Assembly: GCA_951406725.2 (NCBI GenBank)
Contig: OX597826.1
Location: 23,994,001-24,058,000, forward strand
Origin: Octopus vulgaris
Lineage: Eukaryota
Length of the DNA: 64,000 nucleotides
Direction of reading: 5' to 3'
Shown here piece by piece: positions 28,066-40,998 of this stretch. The notes below the pieces were generated by a model that saw only the letters and a list, made by a program, of their open reading frames with translations, did not search any database and was not told where the DNA came from. Each line of letters begins with the position of its first letter. Position 1 is the stretch's first letter. The position numbers and the translations under genes are program-made.

Positions 28066-28203
28066 TAAATTAGAGATAAGGCAAATTAGAGATTAGGCAA
28101 ATCAAACAGTGAAAAACATAAACCAAAACATAAAAATAAAATATAATATACAAAATATATAAAATTTAAAAAACTTTTCGCATTTCAGATTTATAGATAT
28201 TGA
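26517..28203 (-). mobile_element. Non-autonomous Helitron-like element, unit 2
   Basis: Minus-strand 3' end ACCC-gcacgtagaga-GGGT hairpin, 9 nt, then CTAG|T at 26520-26516; degenerate 5' end at 28171-28203 resembles 26481-26514; internal ~140-bp decayed repeats. Confidence 0.65.
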
Positions 28204-28748
28204 TATATATATAATTGAAAGCATCTCTAGCCATGTAGATATTATTGGTCACACATACATAGTGTTTGTGGTTTAAATGCTCATTTGCTGCGGGATAGTG
28301 TTTATGTCAGTTGTGTTCTAATAAATTTTGTATATTTCTGCATGGGTTACGTACGTGCATTTGCCTCCAATCCCAAAAATTAGTCACCAAAACAGCCTAA
28401 ATAGTTAGTCACGAATGCCAAATTATCCGTGTTTAAACAGTCGCACTCAATTGTCTAATTCTGCATTCAGGCCATGCTGGATTGCAGGTTGACGATATGA
28501 GCATGTTGTGTGAAGTGGAGCAAAGACACTTACATTGTACTGTATAAGTTGTGATGTAATTGTCAAGCTGTGTTGTGTGGAGTTCTCTAGTATGACAGCC
28601 ATAGGTTTCCAGAGGTTTATTATGGCAGTTAGCCCATGTTGTGTGATCTGTAGCATGGCAGTTAGCCTATCTTATGTGAAGTGCAGTGTAGTAGTTAGCT
28701 TAGTTTGTGAGATTGATATGGCAGGGATTTTTTCTTTCTTTTTTTCTC

Positions 28749-29061
28749 TGGCACTCCAGCAGTTATGACAGTGAGTGTTCCAGTTGATCCAATCAATGGA
28801 ACAGCCTGCTTGCAAAATTAACATACCAGTGGTTGAGCACACCATAGACATGCATACCCTTAACTGTAGTTCTCTGGGAGATTCAGTGTGACAAGGCTGG
28901 CCCTTTTGAAATACATGTACTACTCGTTTTTGTCAGCTGAGTGAACTGGAGCAACGTGAAATAAAGTGTCTTGCTCAAGGGCACAAGGTGTCGCCAGAAA
29001 TTGAACTCATGGCCTTGTGACCATGAGCTAAATACCTTAACCACTAAACCACGCACCTTCA
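28749..29061 (-). mobile_element. tRNA-derived SINE (family C-related)
   Basis: Minus head TGGTTTAGTGGTTAAGG...GAGTTCAATT, CCTTGAGCAAGACACTT core; relatives at 46220-46546 and 60665-60975. Confidence 0.75.
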
Positions 29062-29512
29062 CTCACTGAGTTGTATGACGTACAGCATGGCAGTTAGCCT
29101 GTGTTATCTGGAGCACGTCATTAAGCTTGTATGCGCGACATGCAGTCTAGCAAATCAGCTTGTGTTGTTTGATGTACAGCAAAGCAATCAAACATGCATT
29201 GTGTGAAGAGCAGCATGCCACTTGTGTGGCAGTGAATCTGTGTTGTGCTCTGTGCATCATACCTAGCATATGACATAGTAGTCTGAAGATATTGTGTATG
29301 TAGGATGATGAGCTATGATTGGAGAATTTTTTGTGGAATGGAGCGAAGTGGCGCATCTTTGGTATGTTGTTGTTGTTTTAGCCAAGTGGTTCTTGACCGG
29401 TATCCATATGGCCCTTGGAAGTCAATATATAAAATTTTTGCTGTAAAAAAGTTATCTGCAATAAAATGGTTATACTTCAACAATACACAAAATATTTTAA
29501 TTTTTTTAATAC

Positions 29513-29890
29513 ATGGCTTTGTGGTAAGTAGCTTGCTTACTAATCACATGATCCTGGGTTCAGTCCCACTACTTGGCACCTTGGGTAAATATCTTCTCCT
29601 TTAGCCTCAGGTCAACCAAAGCCTTGTGAGTGGATTCAGTAGGCAGAAACTGGAAGAAGCCCATTGTATATGTATATATGTATATGTATGCATGTCTGTG
29701 TTTGTCCTCCCAACATCACTTGACAACTGATGCTGGTGTGTTTACGTCTCCGTAACTTAGCAGTTTGACAAAAGAGACCAATAGAATAAGTACTAGGCTT
29801 CCAAAGAATAAGCTCTGGGATCGATTTGTTTGACCAAAAGGCAATGCTCCAGCATGGCCACAGTCAAATGACTAAAACAAGTAAAAGAGT
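29513..29890 (+). mobile_element. SINE family A inserted in a decayed hAT-like MITE (~29383-29997)
   Basis: Matches the consensus; its flanks resemble 30005-30420. Confidence 0.8.
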
Positions 29891-30004
29891 AATTCCTGAT
29901 AATGTTTAATTATATAAATACAAAAAGATTTTTTAAACAGTAAATGCAGAATAGGAACCAAAAGGGTCCACAGCTAAAAAATGGTTGGGAAATGCTATAT
30001 AGAC

Positions 30005-30420
30005 CAGTGATTCCCAACTAGTGTCCACATGGCCCTTGGGGATCAATATACAATTTTCTTAAAATCTATTTGCAATAAATTGGCTCTGCTTCTACAATAC
30101 ACAGATATTTTAACAATTTTTTCATACATCATCATCATCATTGTTTAATACCCACTTTCCATGCTGGCCTGGGTTGAACAGTCTGACTGAGAATTGGCAA
30201 GCCAGGAGGCTGCACCAGGCTCCAATCTGATTTGGGAAGGTCTCTACAGCTTGATGCCCTTCCTAATGCCAACCACTCTGAGAGTGTAGTGGGTGCTTTT
30301 TAATAATTCTTAATCATAAGATATAAAGGGATCATTTAAACATCAAATGACTATGAGGGTCCAATAGAGTAGATGAAGAATCAAAGGAGTCCAGAAGCAA
30401 AAATTGGTTGAGGACCACTG
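30005..30420. mobile_element. hAT (Charlie-like) MITE carrying an RTE-tail insertion (30127-30300)
   Basis: TIR CAGTGATTCCCAAC / GTTGAGGACCACTG; related to 56013-56267. Confidence 0.65.
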
Positions 30421-32064
30421 TTTTAGCACTAGGTCAGCCATAATCAAACAGATCTATGATTAATAATGTTCCATTGTGATTGTCCCTGCTTTGTGGACAT
30501 TCTTCCCTGCTCCTTTAATCCTCCAGCATTTGGATTTCTTTGTCAAATCTATAGCTTATTGCTTTGAATTAATTATTTATCATCTCATAGCTTCAAGATT
30601 TCAATGGTATGTTTGTATATTTTTAAAACAACATTTTAGGGTAGGTGTGAGAAGTCAAATCTGGCCAGTCTGAACATGAAGCAGGCAGAATATTTTGGCC
30701 AGCTACAGCTGGTTTAAATGTTAAATGGCCAATGCTCTTGGACTCATACGGTTGGTTACTAGGTTTCCATGATGTATAAGTGACCCTAATCACAATATTC
30801 TCCCTGAACAGTACTCAGGACACTTGTTTCTTGTAGTGTCCAAGGGCATCAATTTTGAGGAGAGGGGACAAATCAATAACATTGAACCCAGTACTTTATT
30901 TTATCAACACTGAAGGGATGAAAGGCAAAGTTGACTTTGATGGGATTTGAACTCAGAATATAAAGAGCTGGAAGGAATGCTGCTGTGCATTTTGTCAATG
31001 ATTCTACCAGCTCGTTGCTTTGTTTTTATATCTATAGGACTACATTATCTGGAGTTTCCTTCCTTTAGAATTCAAAGCAGCTATATCCAGCCCAAATATT
31101 CTACCTGTTTTATGATCAAACTGGCTACAGCTGGTCTCTCACAGCTGTGATTGTCCCTGCTTTGTGGACATTCTTCCCTGCTCCTTTAATCCTTCTGCAT
31201 TCAGATTTCTTTGTCAAATCTATAGCTTATTTCTTCACATTGCTTTGAATTAATTATTCATCATCTCATAGCTTCAAGATTTCAATGGCATGTTTGTATA
31301 TTTTTAAAACGACATTTTAGGGTAGGTGTGAGAGGTCAGATCTGGCCAGTCTGAACAATGAAGCAGGCAGAATATTTTGGCCAGTTACAGCTGGTTTAAT
31401 TGTTAAATGGTCAATGCTCTTGGACTCATGGTCTCTCACCCTACAAAGTCATTTTAAAGATAAACAATCCCATCATCAAAATCTCGAAGCTTTGAGATAA
31501 TACATGCTTAGTTCAAAACAGTATGTCTGAATGAGTATTAAAATTGACAGAGTTATCTGAATGCAAAAGGATTAAAATAAAAGAATATGATTGAGAACAG
31601 ATAGAGGTGCTTTGACTGTTATTTCTTATAGATCAAGCAAGTACATAAAGGCTCCCTCGAAACCTTGCTATGTGGTATGTAGTTACATAAGCCAGGGTGC
31701 AAATGTTATTCTGGAAATGTAGATATGTTGTTTTCTAATGTGGCCTCAAGTTTTTTCTTGAATATTTTCGTATGGTTTTGTGTGTGTGTGTGTGTATGTT
31801 TCTGATTTGAAATGTCCATCTTGTTAGTTGCTCAACCAGATTACATCACATCACATCACACCACTTCTCGTTATACTGTAAAAACTAACTTTACTAGTTA
31901 AAAATATATAAAGAAAAAAATATATGAAGAAATGTAAAACATATCTATTTGTATGTGTGTGTGTGTATGTTTGAGCATGCATGAAAATCTATTGAAAACA
32001 CTATTCTTTGATAGGCTTGTATATTTTCTTTACACATGCACACATACATATGAAATCATAGATG

Positions 32065-32101
<37 letters not shown>

Positions 32102-32189
32102 TATACTCACACACACAAATACATATCTACATATACCCTCTGTTTGTATTGAGTCCTGTTTTTTATCACTTCTGTGGAATCAACAGAGG

Positions 32190-32234
<45 letters not shown>

Positions 32235-32340
32235 TACACACATACATATGTATACATATATGTGTATATATATATATATACACACATACATACATACACA
32301 CATGCATGTATATATATATATATATATTATATTATATTAT

Positions 32341-32755
32341 ATTAAATTAGAGATAAAACCACTATTAGGCAAATCAAACAGTGAAAAACATAAGCCAATA
32401 CATAAAATTAATTTTAAAATATAAAAGTTAAAAATAAAAAATTATTTAAATAATTTAAACTTATAAATTTTACATATACATACAAATATATATATATATA
32501 TGTATATATGTATATTTTTATATTTATATATTATTTTATTTATTAATTAATTAATTAATTAATTTTTTTTTTAATATATATCAAAAGTATTAATACTTTT
32601 GATATATATTTTTAAAAAAATTAATTAATTAATTAATAAAATAATATATAAATATAAAAATATAACATGAACAATATTTTTTAATTAATTTTATGTATTG
32701 GCTTATGTTTTTCACTGTTTGATTTGCCTAATAGTGGTTTTATCTCTAATTTAAT
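32341..32755. repeat. AT-rich foldback element
   Basis: ATTAAATTAGAGATAAAACCACTATTAGGCAAATCAAACAGTGAAAAACATAAGCCAATAC has its exact reverse complement at ~32694-32755; single arms occur at ~25727 and ~28065. Confidence 0.85.
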
Positions 32756-33716
32756 ATAATATAATATAATATAATATATACTATAGAATTGGATTTAATC
32801 CTAAATCTAATTTTTCCCTGTAAGTTTGGATTTATTCCTTAATATTATTATTATATATATATATGTATATATATAATATATAGCCGCACACATACACTCA
32901 TTATGCACACACTCACATATATTCATATACATACATACATGTGTATGCATCTATGTGTATATGTGTGTGTGTGTATGTATATATTTGTATATTTACATAA
33001 ATTTTAATTTGTTTGTTAGTCTTACATATTCAGTGTTAAAGAAACGTTTGTCTGAGAAAAATCTTATGTCGCTGCTATTGCAACCTCTAAGCAGAGGTTA
33101 GGATTTCAAACATCAGGAGCTGATTATCTGAAAACAAATCTCTGTCCAAATCAAATAGTCGCACACTTATCATAGAATCTTTGGCTTGGCTTTTGTGTTT
33201 AAGAGCCTCGTTTTGCAACCACATTATTTTGGGGTTCAGTCCCACTGCACAGCACCTTGGGCAAATGTCTTCTATCGTAGCCCTGGCTCGACTGATTCCT
33301 TGTGGATGAATTTTGTAGATGGATACTGTATGAAAACTCATTGTATATATATCTATGTTTGTGTCTGTTTTCTGCTGCTCTACCAACTAGTGTTGGTTTG
33401 TTTACACTCCCGTGAGATAAGTTCAGCAAAAGAGACCAATAGAATAAGCACCAGACTTTCAAACAGATACTGAAGCCAGTTTCTTTGATAAATTCTAAAG
33501 GGCAGTAGTACTCCATGCAGGGGTACTGTTGTATGCATATATATATGTGTTTGTTTATAGGTATGTGTGTGTGTGTTCCTTGTGAAATTGTGCAATGTAT
33601 TTTTATAACATGAATGTCAGTGTAAGCCAGTGTATATATATATGTATGCACAATGCATCTGCTTGTGTTAGATATTGTGTGTGTGTGTGTGTATATCTTT
33701 TTTGTGTAATTGTGCA

Positions 33717-33982
33717 TCTGTTGTGTCTGGGGAGAGTAATTTTCTTTTTGTGCCTCATAATTTCACACACTCACCGGTAAAATTTCCACTTATTTCTTAA
33801 TTTTATTTTCCTAAACTTTTCATTGCGTCTTGCAACCTTTTCAAGTGTTGTCTATTGAAAAGGTTGCAAGATGCAATGAAAGTTTTAGGAAAATAAAAAT
33901 AAGAAATAAGTGGAAATTTTACCAGTGAGTGTGTTAAATTATGAGACATCAAAAGAGAATGACTCTCCCCAGACGCAACAGA
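33717..33982. repeat. ~265-bp foldback with a candidate U3-A8 hammerhead in each arm
   Basis: 33717-33844 is the reverse complement of 33855-33982, with a 10-bp spacer. Confidence 0.85.
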
Positions 33983-34152
33983 ATATGCTTCAACACATGA
34001 ACTCATAAAGAATTTTGCAAACCAAATCCAAAAACGAAATGTGCATCTGTATATACATTTGTAACATGAACATTTAACATGGTGAGTGTCTGTGTTTATA
34101 CAAGTCTTTGTTTGTTTGTGTGTGTGTGTATATGTATATATATACATATATA

Positions 34153-34311
34153 TCAAATATATATGTTTTATTTATTATTTTGCACATTACTTAATCATCG
34201 TTATATGTTTTATCTTATATTTAATCTTTCTATAATATGTAATTTTCTAGATGGTATAATTTAGTTTTTCATTATTGAATTGTAAAAGGTGGGGGGGGGG
34301 TTTCTAACTTA

Positions 34312-34351
<40 letters not shown>

Positions 34352-34430
34352 TTTGTGAAATTTGATTTAGTATTTCTAAATTGAATTTTTCCCTGTAAGT
34401 TTGGAATAATTTTCCCTCATATTATTATTA
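34153..34430 (+). repeat. Unclassified AT-rich dispersed repeat
   Basis: Second copy at 58811-58970 plus 60102-60180, split there by an RTE 3' fragment. Confidence 0.8.
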
Positions 34431-34441
34431 TTATTATTATT

Positions 34442-34494
<53 letters not shown>

Positions 34495-35091
34495 CAAAGC
34501 AAGTAATTCAGGAGAAAATATTTGCAAAGATATTATCTTTGTTATGCTGAGAGATTGTCTTAGCCCATTTGCCTTCAGATGGTTGATTTCTGTAATTAGT
34601 ATCACTGTATTTCGGCAATTTAAATAAGAGTTTTGACTGTTATTTCCAGCAGGTAGACATACTGCATATATTTATTTATGCACACACATATTCTATAAGG
34701 CAATAGTACCACAGTCCAATGTGTGAAACAAATCCGCTATAGCCCTATGCTTATATATATTTACCCCTTCTAGATGTTGCTCAAAAGTGTATCCAACTAG
34801 TATGAGGCAGCAGAGCATATGCTGTCGGGCCCTGCTGCTGATATTGGCATTATGTTCTGTGACTTGGCCCAAACATAGGATGGGGCTAGCTGCTTTGAAC
34901 TGGGTAATGAATGGACTGCCTGGTGTGTGTCTTGTTGTGGCTACCCACTCCTAAAAAAAAGGGGGAATTAGCCTGGGTATATGTATGTGCCCCTTCTTGA
35001 AATTGCTGGCCTTGTCTCAAAATTTGAAACCAATATTTAATAAAACAAGATATCTGGTAGATTATATAAGGTATGTAGAACTGTAATTTGT

Positions 35092-35891
35092 AGGTGTAGC
35101 CATGTGGTAAGAAATTTACTTTCCAACCTCATGGTTCAGGGTTCAGTCCCACTGCATGGCAGCTTGGGCAAGTGTCTTCTACTATATCCCTGGACTGACC
35201 AAAGCCTTATGAGTGGATTTGGTGGATGGATACTGAAAGAAGCCCATCGTGTGTGTGTTGTGTGTATATGTGTGTATTTGTTCCTACCACTGTTTGACAA
35301 CTGATGTTAGTTTGTTTACATCCTTGTAACTTAGCAATTTGGCAAAAGAGACTGATAGAATAATTACTAGGCTTTAAAAAAAAAGTATTGGGCTTGATTC
35401 ATTCGACTAAAACCCTTCAAGATGGTACCTCCGCATGGCCACAGTCTAATGACTAAAACAAGTGAAAGTTACACATACACACACACACACATACACACAT
35501 ATATTCTTTTACTTGTTTCAGTCATCTGACTCTGGCCATGCTGGAGATTGCTTTGAAAGGTTTCAGTTAAACAAATCAACCACAGGACTTATTCTTTTAA
35601 AACCTGGTACTTATTCTATCAGACCCTTTTATGGTTATGGGGATGTAAACACACCAACACCAGCTGTCAAGCAGTGATGTGGGGACAGACACAGACACAA
35701 AGACACAGACACATATACATGTATATACGATGGGCTTCTTTCATTTTCCTTCTAAAAAAATCCACTCAGCAGGTTTTGGTCAGCCTGAGTTTATAGTTGA
35801 AGACACTTACCCAAGGTGCCACGCAGTGGGACTGAACCTGGAACCATGTGGCAGGGAAGCAAGCTCCCTACCACACAGCTATGCCTGCACC
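35092..35891. mobile_element. Two SINE A copies tail-to-tail (35092-35463 +, 35505-35891 -)
   Basis: Both match the consensus, in opposite orientations. Confidence 0.78.
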
Positions 35892-37211
35892 TATACTTCA
35901 TTGAATGAGCAGGCATGGTTTTGAGTTCAGTCCCAAAGCTAACCAAAGCTTTGGTGGATGAAAGCTGAAAGAAGCCCATCACATGTATGTGTGTGTGTGT
36001 GTGTGTGTGTGTCTGTCTGTCCCTGCCATCACATATTATGATAGTTGTGAATGAATGTCACCATCATAGGAGGAGTGTCCTTCATTCCCAATTTTCTTTG
36101 AAAGCATGACCACACACACAGATAGATAGATAGATAGATAGATAGAAACATATGCACACTCACACACATCTGTATGAACTAATGGAAGAGAAAAGTACCC
36201 AGTACATGAATTAGAATATTTTTCTTTATCCTTTAAACTTTGAGGAGCAGCAAAATGATGGCTTGATTTTCGAACAAAAAAAAACTAAAACTTCTATATA
36301 TCTTTCGTGTCTGATTTATGTTGCCAATTTTGAAGACATGTGGTGACCAAAACATTTGAGTCAGTTGTTGGTTTTTATGTTTAACCTTCAGGGCAACCAT
36401 GTTTTAGCAAACTTACGATCAAAGTATTCCAACTGTGACCATCCTGTTGGTATAAAAGATTTCTAGAACCTCATCATTTAATGTGTCCATCCTTTCTTTC
36501 TCTTTCTCTCTCTCTCTCTTCTTTTTTTTTTTTGAGTGGTAAAGTGTGATTTGGAAGAGATTGAACTGCTATTTCTAGCAAAGCAAGTGACCATGTAGAT
36601 CACCGTCGTTGCCCTCTCTCACCCCCACCCCACCCCCACCTCTTCTCGTTATTTGAATTGATGGTATGTGCCTGTGAAGAAATAGTTATCTGTAGACTTT
36701 CTGGTGGTGGAAACAACTCCTGACACACCACATGAATGAAGTAAGGAGAGGAAGAGGAGGAAGAGAAGGGGGGAGGGCAGACTAGAAAAAGTTTAGAGCA
36801 AAAAAAAAATTCATTGAAACCATTTTACAAACGGACAATGGTAGACATGAATCAGTCTGTGAAGTTGTTAAGATATTTCACCAGATTACAGTAAGAGATT
36901 AACAACAAAGAAGCATTTCCTGCTTGCAGTGAACAATATAAAGATATTCTTTTCATATTCTTTAAAATAAAAAATTACTACCTGATGTGTGTATGTGGTT
37001 GAGTGGGTTTTTGTTGTTTTTCTTTCTTTTTTTTCTGTTAATTTTTTTTGTTACAGTATGTGGTGGTGAGAGTGTCTGCGTGTGTATGTCATTGGGTATG
37101 TGTGTCATTGAGTAGGTGTATTGACGTGTGTGTGCATGTATGCATTTTTGTGTAATTGTGCCTATGCCAATGTATATTTCCATCATGTCTTAGTGAATAT
37201 ATGTGTATATA

Positions 37212-37263
<52 letters not shown>

Positions 37264-37420
37264 CATTTTTGTGAAATTGTACATATTTCAGAAAGTATAT
37301 TTGTATCCTGAATGTCTAGTGAATGTGTGTGTGTGTATATATATATATGGATGGATGTGTGTGTTTGTTGTGCAATTGTGCATGTGACACAATGTATTTT
37401 TATAACATGAATGCCAGTGT

Positions 37421-37810
37421 ATTCTTTTACTCTTTTACTTGTTTCAGTCATTTGACTGTGGCCATACTGGAGCACCGCCTTTAGTCGAGCAAATCGACCC
37501 CGGGACTTATTCTTTGTAAGCCCAGTACTTATTCTATTGGTCTCTTTTGCCAAACTGCTAAGTGACGGGGACGTAAACACACCAGCATCGGTTGTCAAGC
37601 AATGCTAGGGGGACAAACACACACACATACACATATATATACATATATACGACGGGCTTCTTTCAGTTTCCGTCTACCAAATCCACTCACAACGCATTGG
37701 TAGGCCCGGGGCTATAGCAGAAGACACTTGCCCAAGATGCCACGCAGTGGGACTGAACCCGGAACCATGTGGTTGGTTAGCAAGCTACTTACCACACAGC
37801 CACTCCTGCG
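37421..37810 (-). mobile_element. SINE family A, full-length well-preserved copy
   Basis: Minus: GCAGGAGTGGCTGTGTGGTAAG (A box) .. GGGTTCAGTCCC (B box) .. CTTGGGCAAGTGTCTT (CORE-like) .. internal (TA)(TG) .. GGCGGTGCTCCAGTATGGCCACAGTCAAATGACTGAAACAAG(TAAAAGAG)n. Confidence 0.9.
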
Positions 37811-38289
37811 TATGTATATGTATGCACAATGCATCTGTATGTGTAACACGTGTATGTATGTTTGCATGTACATCTGCTTTTTTGTATAATTGTGCATCTG
37901 TATATACATTTGTAATATGAATGTTTAACATGGTGAGTGTCTATATATATATATATATATATACATCTTTATATGTGTGTGTGTATGTATGTATATAGAT
38001 ATACATACATACATACATACATATTTATAGACACAAGCATGGTTTTGTGGTGAGAAATTTACTTCCCAAACACATGGTTCTGAGTTCAATCCCATTGCAT
38101 GTCACCTTGGACAAGTTTCTTCTACTAAATCGTAGGTCAACCATAGCCTCATCAGTGGATTTGGTAGATGGAAGCTGAAGGAAGCCTGCCTTATATATAT
38201 ATATATATACATACATACACACACATATATATAAATAGGTACATACCTATTACATTACATCAGTTGATGAAAACTCTATATTCTCTCTA

Positions 38290-38324
<35 letters not shown>

Positions 38325-38465
38325 ATATATATATATATACACACACACACATATAAATAGGTACATACCTATTACATTACATCAGTTGATGAAAACTCTA
38401 TATTCTCTCTCTTTATATATATATATCTATCTGTCTATCTATCTATCTGTCTATCTATCTATCTA

Positions 38466-38514
<49 letters not shown>

Positions 38515-38536
38515 ATATATATATATATATATATAT

Positions 38537-38681
38537 ATCATCATCATCATCATCATCGTTTAGCGTCCGCTTTCCATGCTAGCATGGGTTGGACGGTTCA
38601 ACTGGGGTCTGGGAAGCCAGAAGGCTGCACCAGGCCCAGTTTGATCTGGCAATGTTTCTATGGCTGGATGCCCTTCCTAAC

Positions 38682-38685
<4 letters not shown>
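38537..38685 (-). mobile_element. RTE 3'-tail short insertion within a microsatellite
   Basis: (ATC)n GTTTAGCGTCCGCTTTCCATGCTAGCATGGGTTGG..GATGCCCTTCCTAACGCC matches 8278-8420; similar insertions at 30127, 55261, 61786 and 63888. Confidence 0.85.
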
Positions 38686-38775
<90 letters not shown>

Positions 38776-39101
38776 AAGAAAGATAAAGATAGCTAACCCC
38801 ATAGACTAGCCATAGCTATCTTTATCTACTGCTCTGTAACTTAGAGTGTGCTTCTCTTTTTGATTTATAACTTACTGACAATATATATGTGTGTGTGTGT
38901 GTCCACCACTGCTTGACAACCAATGTTGGTTTGTTTACATTCTCATAACAGTTTGATAAATGTGACCAAATAGAATAAGTACCTGGCTCAAGAAATGAGT
39001 ACCGGAGTTGATTTGTTTGACTAAAAACACTTCAAGGTGGTGCTGCAGTCCAATGACTAAAACAATTAAAACAGAAAAAAATTACGTGTTACACATTAAT
39101 C

Positions 39102-39487
39102 TTTTCTGCTCTAGCCACAAGGCCTGAAACTTTTAAGCCAGTCGATTAGATTGGCTGGCTCCCTCCCCAACTGGTACTTAATTTATCGACCCTGAAAGGA
39201 TGAAAGGCAAAGTCGACCTCGGCGAGATATGAACTCAGAACATAAAGACAGACAAAATACTTATTTCTTTATTGCCCACAAGGGGCTAAACATAGAAGGG
39301 ACAAACAAGGACAGACAAAGGGATTAAGTCTATTACATCGACCCCAGTGCGTAACTGGTACTTAATTTATCAACCCCAAAAGGATGAAAGGCAAAGTTGA
39401 CCTCGGCGGAATTTGAACTCAGAACGTAGCGCCAGAAAAAATACTGCCAAGCATTTTGCCTGATGTTTCTGCCAGCTCGCCATCTTA
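39102..39487 (-). mobile_element. Two tandem SINE B copies
   Basis: GGATGAAAGGCAAAGTYGACCTCGGCG..GAACTCAGAAC occurs twice. Confidence 0.82.
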
Positions 39488-40521
39488 CACATTAATGCAT
39501 GTGTGTGTGTGTGGATATGCCTGTGTGTTTTGTTGTTGTGAGGACATTTATATAAATGACTAATGTGTAAGCCGTTTTGTATGTATGTTTGTATGCACAT
39601 GCAGTGTGTCCATTTGTGTGCAGCATCATAATGTGTGCATGCCTGCACTTGCCAATATGCATGGTTGTGTCACATGTGTTAACAATTTGACAATGTGTTG
39701 TTCTTTCAGAAGTGCGTCTATTAAGTATGATTTTCTTCAAAAGCATGTGGTTACACAGCTCTCGTGAATGAGTGTTAGCATGTGTGTGTGTGAATATATA
39801 GATTCTTGAGAAGGACTATGTATCTTTTTATTTACACAAATACATACACACACACACACGCACATATATAGAGAGAGATACATACACAAATGTACACATT
39901 GACACACACACATATATATAGTGTGTATGTTTAGTGACACTCAAATATGTATTTACACACACACACATTTATATATATATAAATGAGAGAGAAAGACCGT
40001 CACATGAATATGTATTTATACATACATACCCATATTTATGTAAGAAGGGGAAATTTTTTTTACTAAACCTGTCATATTAGAAACACATCATCTATTTTTT
40101 TATTATTATTATTCAAGAATTTTCATATTTTCTTATTAGTTCTTTACGTTTAGATTGGAACAATAACATTCCTAACTCCATTAATCTTTTGGCATTTAGA
40201 GAATTCCAAAATCCTTTTTCCAAAATAATGTGCAGTTCCAGAGATATTACCATTGTATAATTTTAAATCCAGCATTGAGGATCTTTATTGGTCATAAAAT
40301 TGTTCCCAAAAGCATTTGTGATTAACTGCAGAATGTGTCCACAACACACCATTAATAGAACTTTTCTTTTGAATTCTTGATATGCCAATAGACTAATTGA
40401 TTTAAGATTATTATTGTTCCAGACTAAAGATAAAGGGTCCCATAAGTAAATAGGGAAAATCCTTAATAAAAATCGAAACTGAGTATAGTTTTGTGTATGT
40501 GTGTGTGCAGCACATGCTTAA

Positions 40522-40998
40522 CCCTTTCATTACTGTATTTATTTTGAGATACTCTGTGTTTCTTTCAATTACTTTAAATTTAACAAAGAATTTAGTAAAA
40601 TAACTTAGTTATCATTCAACTAGTGCTAGGAACATAAATTGTGACTAAGATTTGGTGGAAGATTTTAATTCAAAACTTATGAAAACAAAACATTTGTACT
40701 CAGAGCCAGAGCCGGTTTCAGCCGGGTTGGTAACAAAAGGGTTAAAGCATCAATGGAGGTGGTGGGGCACTGCAGAAGTAGGAAATGGTTTAACCCTTTC
40801 ATTATCAACTTGTCTGAAACCGGCTCTGGTCTTGTTTTCATAAGTGTTGAATTAAAATCTTCCACCAAACCTTAGTCACAATTTATGTTCTTAACACTAG
40901 CTGAATGATAACTAAGTTATTTTACTAAATTCTTTATTATATTCAAAGTAATTGAAAGAAACACAGAGTATCACAAAATAAATACAGTAACGAAAGGG
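40522..40998. mobile_element. Two piggyBac-type MITEs in inverted orientation (40522-40741, 40794-40998)
   Basis: Each is flanked by TTAA (40518, 40742; 40790, 40999) and has CCCTTTCRTTA-type TIRs; 52-bp spacer. Confidence 0.9.

Noticed and set aside
28480-29300. Decayed ~30-bp minisatellite (GCATGGCAGTTAGCC..)
   Set aside because: Too degenerate to define a unit or function; not pursued.
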